Of a DNA stretch of 36,001 nucleotides, positions 11,475 through 24,342 are shown one piece after another (position 1 is the stretch's first letter; each line of letters begins with the position of its first letter). The stretch is taken from the NCBI RefSeq assembly GCF_001194135.2, contig NC_068994.1, forward strand, positions 52,031,822 through 52,067,822, written 5' to 3'. The stretch comes from Octopus bimaculoides (Eukaryota). The notes under the pieces were generated by a model that was given only the letters and a program-made list of their open reading frames with translations, was not told where the DNA came from and ran no database searches. Position numbers and translations under genes: made by a program.

Positions 11475-13360
11475 TCTGTTAAAAATAGTAACAAAATCTC
11501 ATTCAAATCGCATTCAACCGTCTTAAACAGGAAAAGAAAACTTTGGGTTATATATTTCTAGATAGAATTCTAAACGAATACGTGTAGGTCATTAACTAAG
11601 ATTGTCTTTGTTCATAAAACTTATCAAATAATTTTGATTGGGTGCTAAACAATAACAACTTAATTAAAACCGTGTTGTTTTAATCATAGAACAATTTTAT
11701 GGGATGATCTGATACATAAACGTATCATTGACGTACCATTGGCTTTATGTTTTGAGTTTAAAAGATGAAAAATGGTTATTGATACGTTTTTTCATACATT
11801 TTTTCATATATATCGAACAAATACTCTGTTAAAGTATTTGAGAAAAATTATATTAATGTGTCCGACTGGTTAAAGTTCTACTTATTTATTTGTGCAACTG
11901 AAGATGGCACTTCATTTAAATTGATGTAATGATTGCATAGTTCAATTAAATGGAGTCGCTTGAAACGGTCGTACTGCATCACTACTTGATATTCTGTTGC
12001 TTATATNNNNNNNNNNNNNNNNNNNNNNNNNNNNNNNNNNNNNNNNNNNNNNNNNNNNNNNNNNNNNNNNNNNNNNNNNNNNNNNNNNNNNNNNNNNNNN
12101 NNNNNNNNNNNNNNNNNNNNNNNNNNNNNNNNNNNNNNNNNNNNNNNNNNNNNNNNNNNNNNNNNNNNNNNNNNNNNNNNNNNNNNNNNNNNNNNNNNNN
12201 NNNNNNNNNNNNNNNNNNNNNNNNNNNNNNNNNNNNNNNNNNNNNNNNNNNNNNNNNNNNNNNNNNNNNNNNNNNNNNNNNNNNNNNNNNNNNNNNNNNN
12301 NNNNNNNNNNNNNNNNNNNNNNNNNNNNNNNNNNNNNNNNNNNNNNNNNNNNNNNNNNNNNNNNNNNNNNNNNNNNNNNNNNNNNNNNNNNNNNNNNNNN
12401 NNNNNNNNNNNNNNNNNNNNNNNNNNNNNNNNNNNNNNNNNNNNNNNNNNNNNNNNNNNNNNNNNNNNNNNNNNNNNNNNNNNNNNNNNNNNNNNNNNNN
12501 NNNNNNNNNNNNNNNNNNNNNNNNNNNNNNNNNNNNNNNNNNNNNNNTATATATATATATATATATATATATCATAATATATACATGTATATATATATGT
12601 GTGTATGTATGTATAATATAGGAAATTGGGAAATAGGCAGGAAATTAGACACCGTAAAAACATCAATAAATGAATAAGAAACTTCAACATAAGCCATCAA
12701 CAGAAAAATCTTGCTACAATTTAGTAATTAAATAAGATAAATAAAATAAAATAATTAGCTAAATTTTATTACTCTAAGTTGGAGATTTTGATAAATAATT
12801 ATAAACATTTCCAGAAGAAAATTTGGAAGGGAAATTGATTATAGCTATAAGTAAAACATAGACAAAAATAAAAACATATATATATGCATGTGTATGTATG
12901 TGTATATATATGTATGTGTATATATATATGTGTGTGTATGTATATTTATATATATATTTATACACACACACAAATACACACACAGACACATACATATATG
13001 TAAAGTAATCAATAAAGAATTTACCATAAAAATCGTGAAATTAGTTGTGATCAGTATCATTGTCATGGTTTAACGTATTAAAGTTACGAAACATTTTCAA
13101 ATGAGGTATAAGTGAAAAAGGGACTGAAATTTTTTATGATATGGTGAGTGATTATTATCATTAATTAATTCTATTTATTAAAGTTGACGTTTAATTATTA
13201 TAGGTATTATATGATTACTATAGTTAACATATAGTTTATAATTATCATCGCTATCATTATTAATTTTAAAGATAAGTTTATAGATCATGATTGGTTGTAA
13301 TATGGGGTATAGTGTAGAAATGGACTAATTTGGATATTGTTAAAATATTGGAAAAAATTA

Positions 13361-13715
13361 GGAGTGGCTATGTGGTAAGTAGCTTGCTTACCAACCACAT
13401 GGTCTCGGGTTCAGTCCCACTGCGTGGCACCTTGGGCAATAGTCTTCTACTATAGCTTCGGGCCGACCAAAGCCTTGTGAGTGGATATGTATGTATATGC
13501 TTGTGTGTCTGTTTTCCCCCTCCGCCCAGCATCGTTTGACAACCGATGCTGGTGTGTTTGTGTCCCCGTAACTTAGCAGTTCGTCAAAAGAGACCGATAG
13601 AATAAGTACTAGGCTTACAAAGAATAAGCTCTGGGGTCAATTTGCTCGACTATAAAGGCGGTGCTCCAGCATGGCCGCAGTCAAATGACTGAAACAAGTG
13701 AAAGAGTAAAAGAGT
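13361..13715 (+). mobile_element. SINE family A (tRNA-derived head), full-length copy
   Basis: A-box-like TGGCTATGTGG at 13365-13375, B-box-like GGTTCAGTCCC at 13408-13418, internal TATG/TG microsatellite and 3' tail ggcggtgctccagcatggccgcagtcaaatgactgaaacaag. Colinear with 25090-25470. Confidence 0.9.
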
Positions 13716-14860
13716 ATACATTTGAAGTGTAACGTATAGAGTGATAGAATTGGGTGGTCTATCGCAGGAAGCTCCTCTAACGGACACGGCTAACGGACTC
13801 TTCCAGCAGGAAGAGTATAATGCAGAATTCTATGTTTCTGAAACCTAGAAGATCCATTCGATTATTTCACAAAGAGTGTTTAATCCATAAAATCTCAGTA
13901 GGTACGAGAGGGGAATATATTTATTTAACTACGTATGATATTTCTTCAAGTACAAAATCTCTTTTGGCCGCAGCATACAGAAAAAATTATTCTTTAAAAC
14001 GTTTTTCTATACGAGAACCGCTAAATAACAAATGGTCGTTTCTTTCTCACTTTATTTTCTCGTGTTATATATATATGTAGAATTCAACTTGTGAGAAAAA
14101 GAAAAGAAAAAATAACACTAATATATTTTCAATAAAAAATATTATAGGAAAACATTTATGTGAAAACATAGATTCGAATTTTACACTTNNNNNNNNNNNN
14201 NNNNNNNNNNNNNNNNNNNNNNNNNNNNNNNNNNNNNNNNNNNNNNNNNNNNNNNNNNNNNNNNNNNNNNNNNNNNNNNNNNNNNNNNNNNNNNNNNNNN
14301 NNNNNNNNNNNNNNNNNNNNNNNNNNNNNNNNNNNNNNNNNNNNNNNNNNNNNNNNNNNNNNNNNNNNNNNNNNNNNNNNNNNNNNNNNNNNNNNNNNNN
14401 NNNNNNNNNNNNNNNNNNNNNNNNNNNNNNNNNNNNNNNNNNNNNNNNNNNNNNNNNNNNNNNNNNNNNNNNNNNNNNNNNNNNNNNNNNNNNNNNNNNN
14501 NNNNNNNNNNNNNNNNNNNNNNNNNNNNNNNNNNNNNNNNNNNNNNNNNNNNNNNNNNNNNNNNNNNNNNNNNNNNNNNNNNNNNNNNNNNNNNNNNNNN
14601 NNNNNNNNNNNNNNNNNNNNNNNNNNNNNNNNNNNNNNNNNNNNNNNNNNNNNNNNNNNNNNNNNNNNNNNNNNNNNNNNNNNNNNNNNNNNNNNNNNNN
14701 NNNNNNNNNNNNNNNNNNNNNNNNNNNNNNNNNNNNNNNNNNNNNNNNNNNNNNNNNNNNNNNNNNNNNNNNNNNNNNNNNNNNNNNNNNNNNNNNNNNN
14801 NNNTATATATGTATCGATATACAACCACCTAAATGTATAAAACCTCCCATTATATAACCT

Positions 14861-14900
<40 letters not shown>

Positions 14901-15044
14901 GGACTACATATATACATATATATACAAAGGGACTACGCAGGTGTTTTTTTTTGGGCGATACTAATTGTGTTACATTTATTTGCTTATTGACGTTTTTACA
15001 GCGTCTGCTATTGAATCGTTTATCTATTCTCCAATATCCCGTGC

Positions 15045-15180
15045 ATACATACATACATACATACATACATACATACATACATACATACATACATACATAC
15101 GTACCTACGTACATACACACATACATATACACATATCTGCACACATCTACACACCCATATATATATATACATACATATGT

Positions 15181-15229
<49 letters not shown>
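15045..15229. repeat. (TACA)n/(CA)n/(TA)n microsatellite running into a gap
   Basis: Directly visible. Confidence 0.95.
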
Positions 15230-16007
15230 NNNNNNNNNNNNNNNNNNNNNNNNNNNNNNNNNNNNNNNNNNNNNNNNNNNNNNNNNNNNNNNNNNNNNNN
15301 NNNNNNNNNNNNNNNNNNNNNNNNNNNNNNNNNNNNNNNNNNNNNNNNNNNNNNNNNNNNNNNNNNNNNNNNNNNNNNNNNNNNNNNNNNNNNNNNNNNN
15401 NNNNNNNNNNNNNNNNNNNNNNNNNNNNNNNNNNNNNNNNNNNNNNNNNNNNNNNNNNNNNNNNNNNNNNNNNNNNNNNNNNNNNNNNNNNNNNNNNNNN
15501 NNNNNNNNNNNNNNNNNNNNNNNNNNNNNNNNNNNNNNNNNNNNNNNNNNNNNNNNNNNNNNNNNNNNNNNNNNNNNNNNNNNNNNNNNNNNNNNNNNNN
15601 NNNNNNNNNNNNNNNNNNNNNNNNNNNNNNNNNNNNNNNNNNNNNNNNNNNNNNNNNNNNNNNNNNNNNNNNNNNNNNNNNNNNNNNNNNNNNNNNNNNN
15701 NNNNNNNNNNNNNNNNNNNNNNNNNNNNNNNNNNNNNNNNNNNNNNNNNNNNNNNNNNNNNNNNNNNNNNNNNNNNNNNNNNNNNNNNNNNNNNNNNNNN
15801 NNNNNNNNNNNNNNNNNNNNNNNNNNNNNNNNNNNNNNNNNNNNNNNNNNNNNNNNNNNNNNNNNNNNNNNNNNNNNNNNNNNNNNNNNNNNNNNNNNNN
15901 NNNNNNNNNNNNNNNNNNNNNNNNNNNNNNNNNNNNNNNNNNNNNNNNNNNNNNNNNNNNNNNNNNNNNNNNNNNNNNNNNNNNNNNNNNNNNNNNNNNN
16001 NNNNNNN

Positions 16008-16052
<45 letters not shown>

Positions 16053-16439
16053 TGTATATATACATATATTTATGTATATACGTAGCGAATTTCTTCACAG
16101 TACTAACCGTCAAATCCTTGGCTTCACAAAAGCAGAAAGGGCATGACTAATTTGAAAATCTCGGTTTCAAGCCATTAAAATTACTATGCTGACATGTGAA
16201 CCGTGCCAAAATATATGATATTATGAGTGAACACACAAATGTGTAGACGTACGAATGCTAACATATAGAACGCAAAAATGTTTGCGCACGCGCTGAAGTG
16301 AAAAATATATACGTCTACATATCAAATGAGATCTATGTATACAGTTATGCATGTATGTGTGTTCAGACATGCGTACATGCATGCGTACATGCATGTATAC
16401 CGACGTGCATATCTACATACCTGAATACATGTGAGCAAG

Positions 16440-16662
16440 TTTAGAAATAAGTTTTGAATTTTGGGTCAAGGCCAGCAATTTCGGGGATCCTCTAAGTATA
16501 CTACCCAGACCCCAGTGCTCAACTCGAACTTATTTTATTAACTCTGAAAGGATGAAAGGCAAAGTCGACTCCGCTGGCATTTGAACTCAGAACGTAAAGA
16601 CGGACAAAATGTCGCTAAGCATTTTGCCCGGAGTGGTAACGGTTTTGCCGGCTCGCCACCTT
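16440..16662 (-). mobile_element. SINE family B copy
   Basis: gaaaggatgaaaggcaaagtcgac...tttgaactcagaacgtaaagacggac...ctaagcattttgcccgg...gctcgccacctt is the reverse complement of the 3694 family. Confidence 0.85.
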
Positions 16663-17199
16663 AGCACGTTTAGAAATTACAAGCAAGAAATAGCTGAAGA
16701 GTATACAACATACTGGCATGCATACATACATACTTACATATATACATATATACATATATACATACATACACAATAGAAACAAGCATATATATGTATTAAA
16801 ATGCATGCATGTATACATACAAAAGTACATAACTGCATGCATGCGTACGTAATAAATAATACATACGTAATATATAATACATAAACGCATGTATATATTA
16901 TTTGTTGTTAGTGTATTCATAATGAGAGAAACAGATAGGGAAAGAGGGGGAGAGAAAGAGAAAGAGAAAGCGAGAGAGGAGAGAGACAGGCAGACAGATA
17001 GGCAGTTAGACAAACAGAGAAGAAGTATTATTGTATGTTCACCGGAAGACGACTTTGAGATCTTAGAAGAAACTAACGGAGCAATTAATCTTTCCAATGT
17101 GCAAAGCCAACGAATGTTACATGACAGAAATAATTATAATTTCTATTATAATAGAAAGTTTATTAAATAATGTACACAAATGCACAGTAATGCAACCAC

Positions 17200-17640
17200 C
17201 TTCTAAGCCTGCTAAAAAAACTGATCAAATTATCTGTCCTGTATAAAAACAAATTTGCTGTCTGCGAGGAACGTTAATATAAACCAAACATTATGATGGA
17301 GTAGCTATGGGTTCTCCCTTCGGACTGACGTTTGCTGCATTCAATGTGGCCAAAACAGAAAATAAAGTGGGAACAAGACATGAATACATGATATATATAC
17401 CACATACGTGGGAAATACTTTCTGAGATAAGAAATCGTAAGAAAGACATTTAAAATGAAAAATTCTTCATGCGTTTCGGGCAAAGCATGAAGATCACGGC
17501 ATGAAGTTTATCTTTCCTGGTGAATAGATATAGCCTTGTGCCCCAGCAACACATCGATAATAGGAAATTTTAATGAGAAAATTATAAATATTGGTTTAAA
17601 CCACTTCAATAATAAGATGGACTCTATTGATTTATTCATA
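17200..17640 (+). pseudogene. Decayed Penelope-like retroelement reverse transcriptase fragment
   Basis: From 17295 it reads DGVAMGSPFGLTFAAFNVAKTENKV, matching the Penelope RT motif QxDGVAMGSPL(G/S)PxLAN. After a frameshift comes YTTYVGNTF, a decayed YxRYVDDxF. Stops and frameshifts are present. Confidence 0.75.
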
Positions 17641-17948
17641 ATGGATAAATGGAAATATGATGATATAAAAAATATGCCGACCGATAAATATAGCCTACGC
17701 TTATATATATATATATNNNNNNNNNNNNNNNNNNNNNNNNNNNNNNNNNNNNNNNNNNNNNNNNNNNNNNNNNNNNNNNNNNNNNNNNNNNNNNNNNNNN
17801 NNNNNNNNNNTATATATATGTGTGTGTAAGTATGTATGTATGATTGTGTGTGTGTGTGTATGCATTTAAGTGGAACAAAAAATGATTAAAGGACGAGAGA
17901 AAATGTAAATAAGTTTTCTGATGTCTTTTATATGCATGCATAAAGGTA

Positions 17949-17979
<31 letters not shown>

Positions 17980-18319
17980 TTTCTATATATGAATGGATGC
18001 ATCGCCTAATAAAATTGGAAGGAAAAATAACTTAGAAAGAAAAATGCACAAATGGACAAAAGAAGACACATGAACAAAGAAAGAAACAAAAATAACGAAG
18101 ACAAAGGAGAAGAAGGAGGACGAGGATGAGGAGGAGGCTAATAATAATGAGAAGAAAGAGAATAAGACTTAAACGAGTGAGAAAAGAAGAGAAAGAAGGC
18201 TACTTTAATGTGATTGAATAATAATGTAAAACTTGCTGCTTGCAAAACAAAGGAACTAAAATGACCTCCATTAAAAACAAACAATAATATTCGTTGACAG
18301 CAACTATAAGCAACGTATT

Positions 18320-18320
18320 G

Positions 18321-18385
<65 letters not shown>

Positions 18386-18410
18386 GTTGCTGCTGCTTCT
18401 GATGCTGCTG
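18320..18410. repeat. (CTA)n then (CTG)n microsatellite
   Basis: Directly visible; source of the poly-L ORF. Confidence 0.95.
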
Positions 18411-18666
18411 CTTTTGAAACGGATCGAAGAATTTTATAGTATTAGTTATAACTTGCAACATCAATCATATTACGGAATAAGCTTTCTTCATACACGTAGA
18501 AAAACTCCCTGCCATATATGCACGTACATACATACATGTACACATACACACACATATATATAGATATAGTATATATATCATATGTAGATATGTATATGTA
18601 ATTTTATGTACTTGAGTAGGCGTATGCGTGTGTACGTGTGGAAAAATAGAACTCAAAACATGAGTT

Positions 18667-18701
<35 letters not shown>

Positions 18702-18710
18702 GTTTATATA

Positions 18711-18764
<54 letters not shown>

Positions 18765-19091
18765 GATGAACATACGTAAAAAGTGTTAGTTCTTTGGGAT
18801 TTATTTTATTGAGTCAAACAAAATGCAAGAAACACAAACATAGTAGATGAAGATGGTCATTCGAGACTTTTGGAATTCTTGCCACGAACAATCATAGCAT
18901 TTTCGGTGATAAATAAGTAATAAAATAAAAAAAAAAATGAAATTGCGCTTCAAGTCGATTTATATGGAAGCTCACACCCTCTCTCTTTCTCTTTCTCTGT
19001 ATACATGCATACATGTATACATACATATATATCTGCATACATATATGTCTATATGTATATATATATATATATATCCATATACGTACATGCG

Positions 19092-19122
<31 letters not shown>

Positions 19123-19133
19123 TTTCATTTTCA

Positions 19134-19188
19134 TTTTATCTAGTTTCAGCTCATGAGCTGTGGCCATGCTGGGGCAACACACACATAT
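19134..19188 (-). mobile_element. 3' tail fragment of a family-A-related SINE
   Basis: cagctcatgagctgtggccatgctggggca is the reverse complement of a ccagcatggcc(a/g)cag tail like that at about 13666. Confidence 0.5.
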
Positions 19189-19344
19189 ATGAATAGTATA
19201 AGATGTGGATTCAGAGAATCGTATGGCTAACACAGAAAGCTCCTCTTACAGTCTACATAGTAACACAATATAGGGAAGTATAATGTAGAGTATCCATGCA
19301 ACCGAAATCCAGTTGATCCGATCAATGAAATTATTTCGTGAGGA

Positions 19345-19383
<39 letters not shown>

Positions 19384-19668
19384 ATAAAATCAGAGGTACA
19401 AAAGGTGGGAATATGTTTATCTATTTAACCACATGACATCCGTAAGGTTACAGCTGTTTCGGACTCTTCTTCATGTAGTATTAATTACAGTGTGGAAGAA
19501 GTTATGTTTACGTGTTTGCATAGATATGCATGCTCAGCATTAAACAATACAGTTGTATATTCACAGATCTGTAGAAATAAAGAAAGCTAGCTCATCAAAT
19601 CATCAGATCATCAGATCACACAGAGACACATATACAGACACACACGCAGACAGACAGACAGACAGACA

Positions 19669-19730
<62 letters not shown>

Positions 19731-20111
19731 NNNNNNNNNNNNNNNNNNNNNNNNNNNNNNNNNNNNNNNNNNNNNNNNNNNNNNNNNNNNNNNNNNNNNN
19801 NNNNNNNNNNNNNNNNNNNNNNNNNNNNNNNNNNNNNNNNNNNNNNNNNNNNNNNNNNNNNNNNNNNNNNNNNNNNNNNNNNNNNNNNNNNNNNNNNNNN
19901 NNNNNNNNNNNNNNNNNNNNNNNNNNNNNNNNNNNNNNNNNNNNNNNNNNNNNNNNNNNNNNNNNNNNNNNNNNNNNNNNNNNNNNNNNNNNNNNNNNNN
20001 NNATAACACCGTAGTTTTACCTGTAAAATGACGGCTTTGGAATCATGCTTTGGCTACTATGGGAAATATAAAAAAAACATGGTATACATACAATAGTAAG
20101 AATTTAACTTT

Positions 20112-20377
20112 GGAGGCGCAATGACCTAGTGGTTAGGGCAGCGGACTCGCGGTCATGTGAGCGGGGTTTCGATTCCCAAACTTGGTGTTGTGAGTGTTTA
20201 TTGAGCGAAAACACCTAAAGCTCCACGAGGCTCCGGCAGCGGGTGGTGGCGAACCCTGCTGTACTCCTTCACCACAACTTTCTCTCACTCTTTCTTCCTG
20301 TTTCTCTTGTACCTGTATTTCAAAGGGCCAGCCTTCTCACACTCTGTGTCACGCTGAATCTCCCCGAGAACTACTAT
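20112..20377 (+). mobile_element. SINE family C with tRNA-like head, 3'-truncated
   Basis: A box TGACCTAGTGG at 20122-20132 and B box GTTTCGATTCC at 20166-20176, followed by a non-tRNA body (gtttattgagcgaaaacacctaaagctccacgaggctccggcag...). No complete cloverleaf. Confidence 0.85.
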
Positions 20378-20619
20378 GTCTGGATAATTCTTTCTCGCTC
20401 GCCGTGTGTGTAAAACATTCTTTTTACTCATTGCGTTCCAACAAGCCTAGTACGTGCACGTATCACGCACTTTAATTCTCACCGTATCTCTCTTTTGTAC
20501 TTCCCTCTCTCACTATATGGCGTAAAATGTGTCTGGGAAAATCAATCCATCAAGCAAGCAAGCAAGTAACCAACTAACCAACCAATATTTATTCATATCG
20601 GCTATTATTATATAGACAT

Positions 20620-20835
20620 TGCTACCGAGTTAACAGCGACAGTGTCGGAAAAAATGCTTTGCAGTATTTATTCGTTTTGGCTCTTTATATTTTTAGTTCA
20701 AATCAAACCTAAATTAACTTTACCGTTCGTCGCTCCGAGATCGATGAAATAAAGCATCAATGTAGTACTGAGTCTATGGTATCGAGTACTCCCCTTTCCC
20801 TCAAACTTGTTGACTTTGAGCTTAAATCAGGAATC
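20620..20835 (+). mobile_element. Old, diverged SINE family B copy
   Basis: aaaatgctttgcagtattt...tttagttcaaatc...tcgatgaaataaag...gtactgagtc follows family B motif order. Confidence 0.5.
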
Positions 20836-20844
20836 TTTCTGGTT

Positions 20845-21050
20845 GCTTAGCCCCAGGGCATCCATGATACAATAGGCTTATGTTCAATGACGTTCCAAAC
20901 GTAACCTTCCATCTTGGTTTACAGACACAATGCATATTGCACCACAATATTCAAAGTGACGCTACTTTTATGTTTCTCTTAAAGACAGTATGGTGCAATT
21001 TGAGGGAGATTTGGCTGCTATTTTCTAGCAAACCGAGAGACCACCCTGTG
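20845..21050 (+). mobile_element. Interspersed repeat family D; a related inverted fragment lies at about 29385-29440
   Basis: ttgagggagatttggctgctattttctag (21000-21028) resembles the reverse complement of ctagaaataataaccgcatttccctcaaa (29401-29429). Confidence 0.45.
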
Positions 21051-21720
21051 GTTCCTATCATCGGATAGTTAAAACTGCGTATGCGGATGAAGCTTACGCA
21101 CGATTTTGAGAGAAGAGTATGAAAAAAGAGTCGTGTTACATATTGAATTATCACAGCGGGATTTGAACTCGCTGTCTGCATGTTAACGACAGCAAAGGAA
21201 TAAAAAATTTTTGTATTTCACATGTTTGTGATATAAATAGTCAATATATTGGTCTTTTGTTGAGACTACAGGTACGTACGTATCAGTGGGTGATCAGACC
21301 TATTGGCCTTTTCTCAGAAATTTAGTATCTATTTCCGATAACGAAGTGAATTGAGCCAATGTGGAATAACGCGTGGAACATCCAGAAATATAACAAAACG
21401 TTTATTCTCTTGATGAAATCTGTCAAAAGAAACATGTGAATAAAATAATTTCCTTTGTGCGTAGTAATACACAAGTAATTTGCCCATAGGTCACAAACTG
21501 TTATAGAAATCAATGCACTATATTCAGAAAGTGACGTCTGCTTTATTACGTTTCTTTAACATGTCTTTACAGAACTGTGAGAAAAAAGTTTTTTCATCGG
21601 AAAACTGCTTTCAGTTATTATTTTTTTTTATTTTCATAATATTCCGCTATATGTCTGAATGTTTATACATTAAAAGAATATGAAGGAGAAATCAGATATT
21701 CTTCCTGTCAGTTAACATTC

Positions 21721-21810
21721 TATGTATGTATGTATGTATGTATGTATGTATGTATGTATGTATGTATGTATGTATGCATGTGTGTGTATGTATGTATGTA
21801 TGTGTGTATA
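21721..21810. repeat. (TATG)n microsatellite
   Basis: Directly visible. Confidence 0.95.
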
Positions 21811-21898
21811 TAGAAAAATCGTAGGTTCTAACATCCTCATAGGCATTGCGCCCGAACGCATGACCAGAATATTTAACACCAAATGGTTCAGCTTAATT

Positions 21899-22109
21899 AG
21901 TTGTAAGTGGGTCCCATAGGGTTGCTTAATAGTTTACCGTTGTTAAATGCATTAACAATGAATCGAAAATTTCTTATAGATGCTACGTTTCACCACTAGA
22001 CATGTACAGTTGACTGTCATCGGCTCACATAGTTTGCTCAGTTGTAAATAAGTCCCATAGAGTAGCTTAATAGTTCACCACTGTTAGCACATTAATAATG
22101 AATCGTAAA
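21899..22109 (+). repeat. Two copies of a 70-bp unique-sequence direct repeat, period 141 bp
   Basis: 21899-21969 versus 22040-22109, roughly 80% identical by eye. Confidence 0.85.
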
Positions 22110-22302
22110 CAAACAAGGACTGACAAAGGAGTTAAGTCGATGAAATCGACCCCAGTGCGTAAGTGATAGTTAATTTATCGGCCCCGAAAGGATGAAAGGC
22201 AAAGTCGACCTCGGTGGAATTTGATCTCAGAACGTAACGGCAGACGAAATACCGCTAAGCATTTCACCCGGCGTGCTAACGTTTCTGCCAGCTCGCTGCC
22301 TT
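22105..22302 (-). mobile_element. SINE family B copy, well preserved
   Basis: Its reverse complement aligns closely with 3694-3870. Confidence 0.9.
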
Positions 22303-22430
22303 TGGAGATATATATATTACAATTGCCAATTCAAAAGCTGAAATTTAAAATTTATTAACATAATACTATATTATATTATTATAATGATATGACATGATAT
22401 AATGAACAATAAATATTAAATACAAATTAC

Positions 22431-22609
22431 CTACAATTGTTTCGATTCTCACCCATAATAAGATAATAACAATCCATTGTTTGTGGGCAAGAATCTCCCC
22501 AGTGCAATTTTTTTATACATGAGGATTCATAGATCCAAGAATAGTCGCAATTATATTTGTTCACAAGCGTGAGCGTTAATAATTGAAAACAAAAACAATA
22601 AAAAATAAA
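22431..22609 (-). CDS. Candidate Cys-rich internal exon: FIFYCFCFQLLTLTLVNKYNCDYSWIYESSCIKKLHWGDSCPQTMDCYYLIMGENRNNC
   Basis: 59 open codons plus 2 nt between an AT-rich TAG acceptor and an AG|GTAATT donor. No homolog recognised; may be chance. Confidence 0.18.
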
Positions 22610-23369
22610 CTAATATAACGTATAACATATAAAATATATTTGTATACTGTTAAATATTTTAATCTAAATATGTGTGTGTGTGTGTGTTTATGAAGTGAAA
22701 GCGCATTTAGAACGCTGTTCTACAATTTCTGGAAGAGTACGATCCTCCAAGTGAAAGACAAGGAATGTTTTTCTCTAATATACTCGTAGGTCCACTAATT
22801 TTTAGGTTAACGCTTTAAAATCATCTCTAACTATCTTTATTTCGAATGAGATTGGAATTTTAATTAATTATAAAATCATAAATAATGTAGAGTTTTATAA
22901 AGGTAAAATTTCATCTGTTTTAGAATGATATTTACAAAATTAGTATTTCAATTAATATTTAGATTTTTAATTAATTAACTGTAAAACCTTATATACGTTA
23001 GGGAAATTTATGAAACTGGTAGGTGGGAATCTGATCAATTTATTATGAAAGAATTCTAACGAATAACCAATTATATGATTTCACATTTGCTGCCGATCAA
23101 TTGATAGCAGTTAAACCTGAGGCAACAACTTACAGTTTTTAGATTAAATAAATCTGTACGGGTTTCGCACATATAACAAGAATAGAGAAAATATGGTTCA
23201 AATGAGGATTGCTCCAAATTCATATACCATAATTCTCTAAAAACATAACGATTGGTGATTGCTCTAGAGAAAACAATATTGTTTGGTTCCAATATATTGA
23301 ACAATAAGATATTCATGTATATAAATATACAGTATAGAAATATATGCATTTGTGTATGTGTATGTATGT

Positions 23370-23720
23370 ATTTCATTATTCAGTTTTAGTTCAAGATTTC
23401 TTGTCAATAGAGAAAGAGCCGATTTCTAACCTAAATACAGGGTTCATTCATTGGAATTTCAACATCAACAACAAGGTATTTTTGTTTGTACATTTGTTTG
23501 TATGTATGTACGTATGTATGTACAGATTTGTATGTTTTATGTATGTATTCTTATGCATATATGCTCATATATATTTAAATGATAAGCTTCTGGAAAGTTT
23601 TACAGATTTTTACAGTTCCAGTGATGGATTGGATATGTAGTCTTCCATTTAGCTTTCTCCTTTCTGGTTTTGAGAAGCCTAATTCCTCAAGATTGGTATT
23701 TTAGGAAAGGTGTTATATAT
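23370..23720. mobile_element. Interspersed repeat family E with a central TATG microsatellite
   Basis: caagatttcttgtcaatagagaaagagcc...ctggaaagttttacagatttttacagttccagtgatggattggatatgtagtc...gagaagcctaattcctcaagattgg matches a repeat I recall from octopus DNA. Only one copy here, so this cannot be verified within the window. Confidence 0.45.
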
Positions 23721-23874
23721 ATTAGGGTCCCAATAATTACAGGTATAAACCTGAACTTGTAATCAGGATAGAGTAACTACAGATTTCTCAATAGTTCAAC
23801 ACCAATGTTGTGTTTTTCACTGATTTTCAGTTTTATGTTAATATCCGATTGGCAGCTAATTTCCACAACTGTGT

Positions 23875-23893
23875 ACATGCATACATACATACA

Positions 23894-23927
<34 letters not shown>

Positions 23928-23948
23928 CTTACATACATACACACATTC

Positions 23949-24010
<62 letters not shown>

Positions 24011-24023
24011 ATATCTATCTATC

Positions 24024-24054
<31 letters not shown>

Positions 24055-24075
24055 CTCTGCACACACACACACACA
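23875..24075. repeat. (TACA)n(TATC)n(CA)n microsatellite. Other (TATC)n tracts at about 26957-27030, 27640-27750, 29145-29315 and 30760-30830
   Basis: Directly visible. Confidence 0.95.
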
Positions 24076-24160
24076 NNNNNNNNNNNNNNNNNNNNNNNNN
24101 NNNNNNNNNNNNNNNNNNNNNNNNNNNNNNNNNNNNNNNNNNNNNNNNNNNNNNNNNNNN

Positions 24161-24214
<54 letters not shown>

Positions 24215-24342
24215 GTCCACACACATACACACGCATACATAGGCATGCATGTATGAATGTTTGTTTATTTGTGTGTGTGTGTGTATGCGCATGTGAGTGT
24301 AGGTTCATACAAAAGTACACACACATTCATATACCTGCTTGT

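Noticed and set aside
12620-12700. GRKLDTVK resembling a Penelope GIY-YIG endonuclease fragment
   Set aside because: The match is too short and unsupported by flanking motifs.
20112-20185. Possible tRNA gene
   Set aside because: A and B boxes are present but there is no closing acceptor stem or terminator, and it continues into a SINE body.
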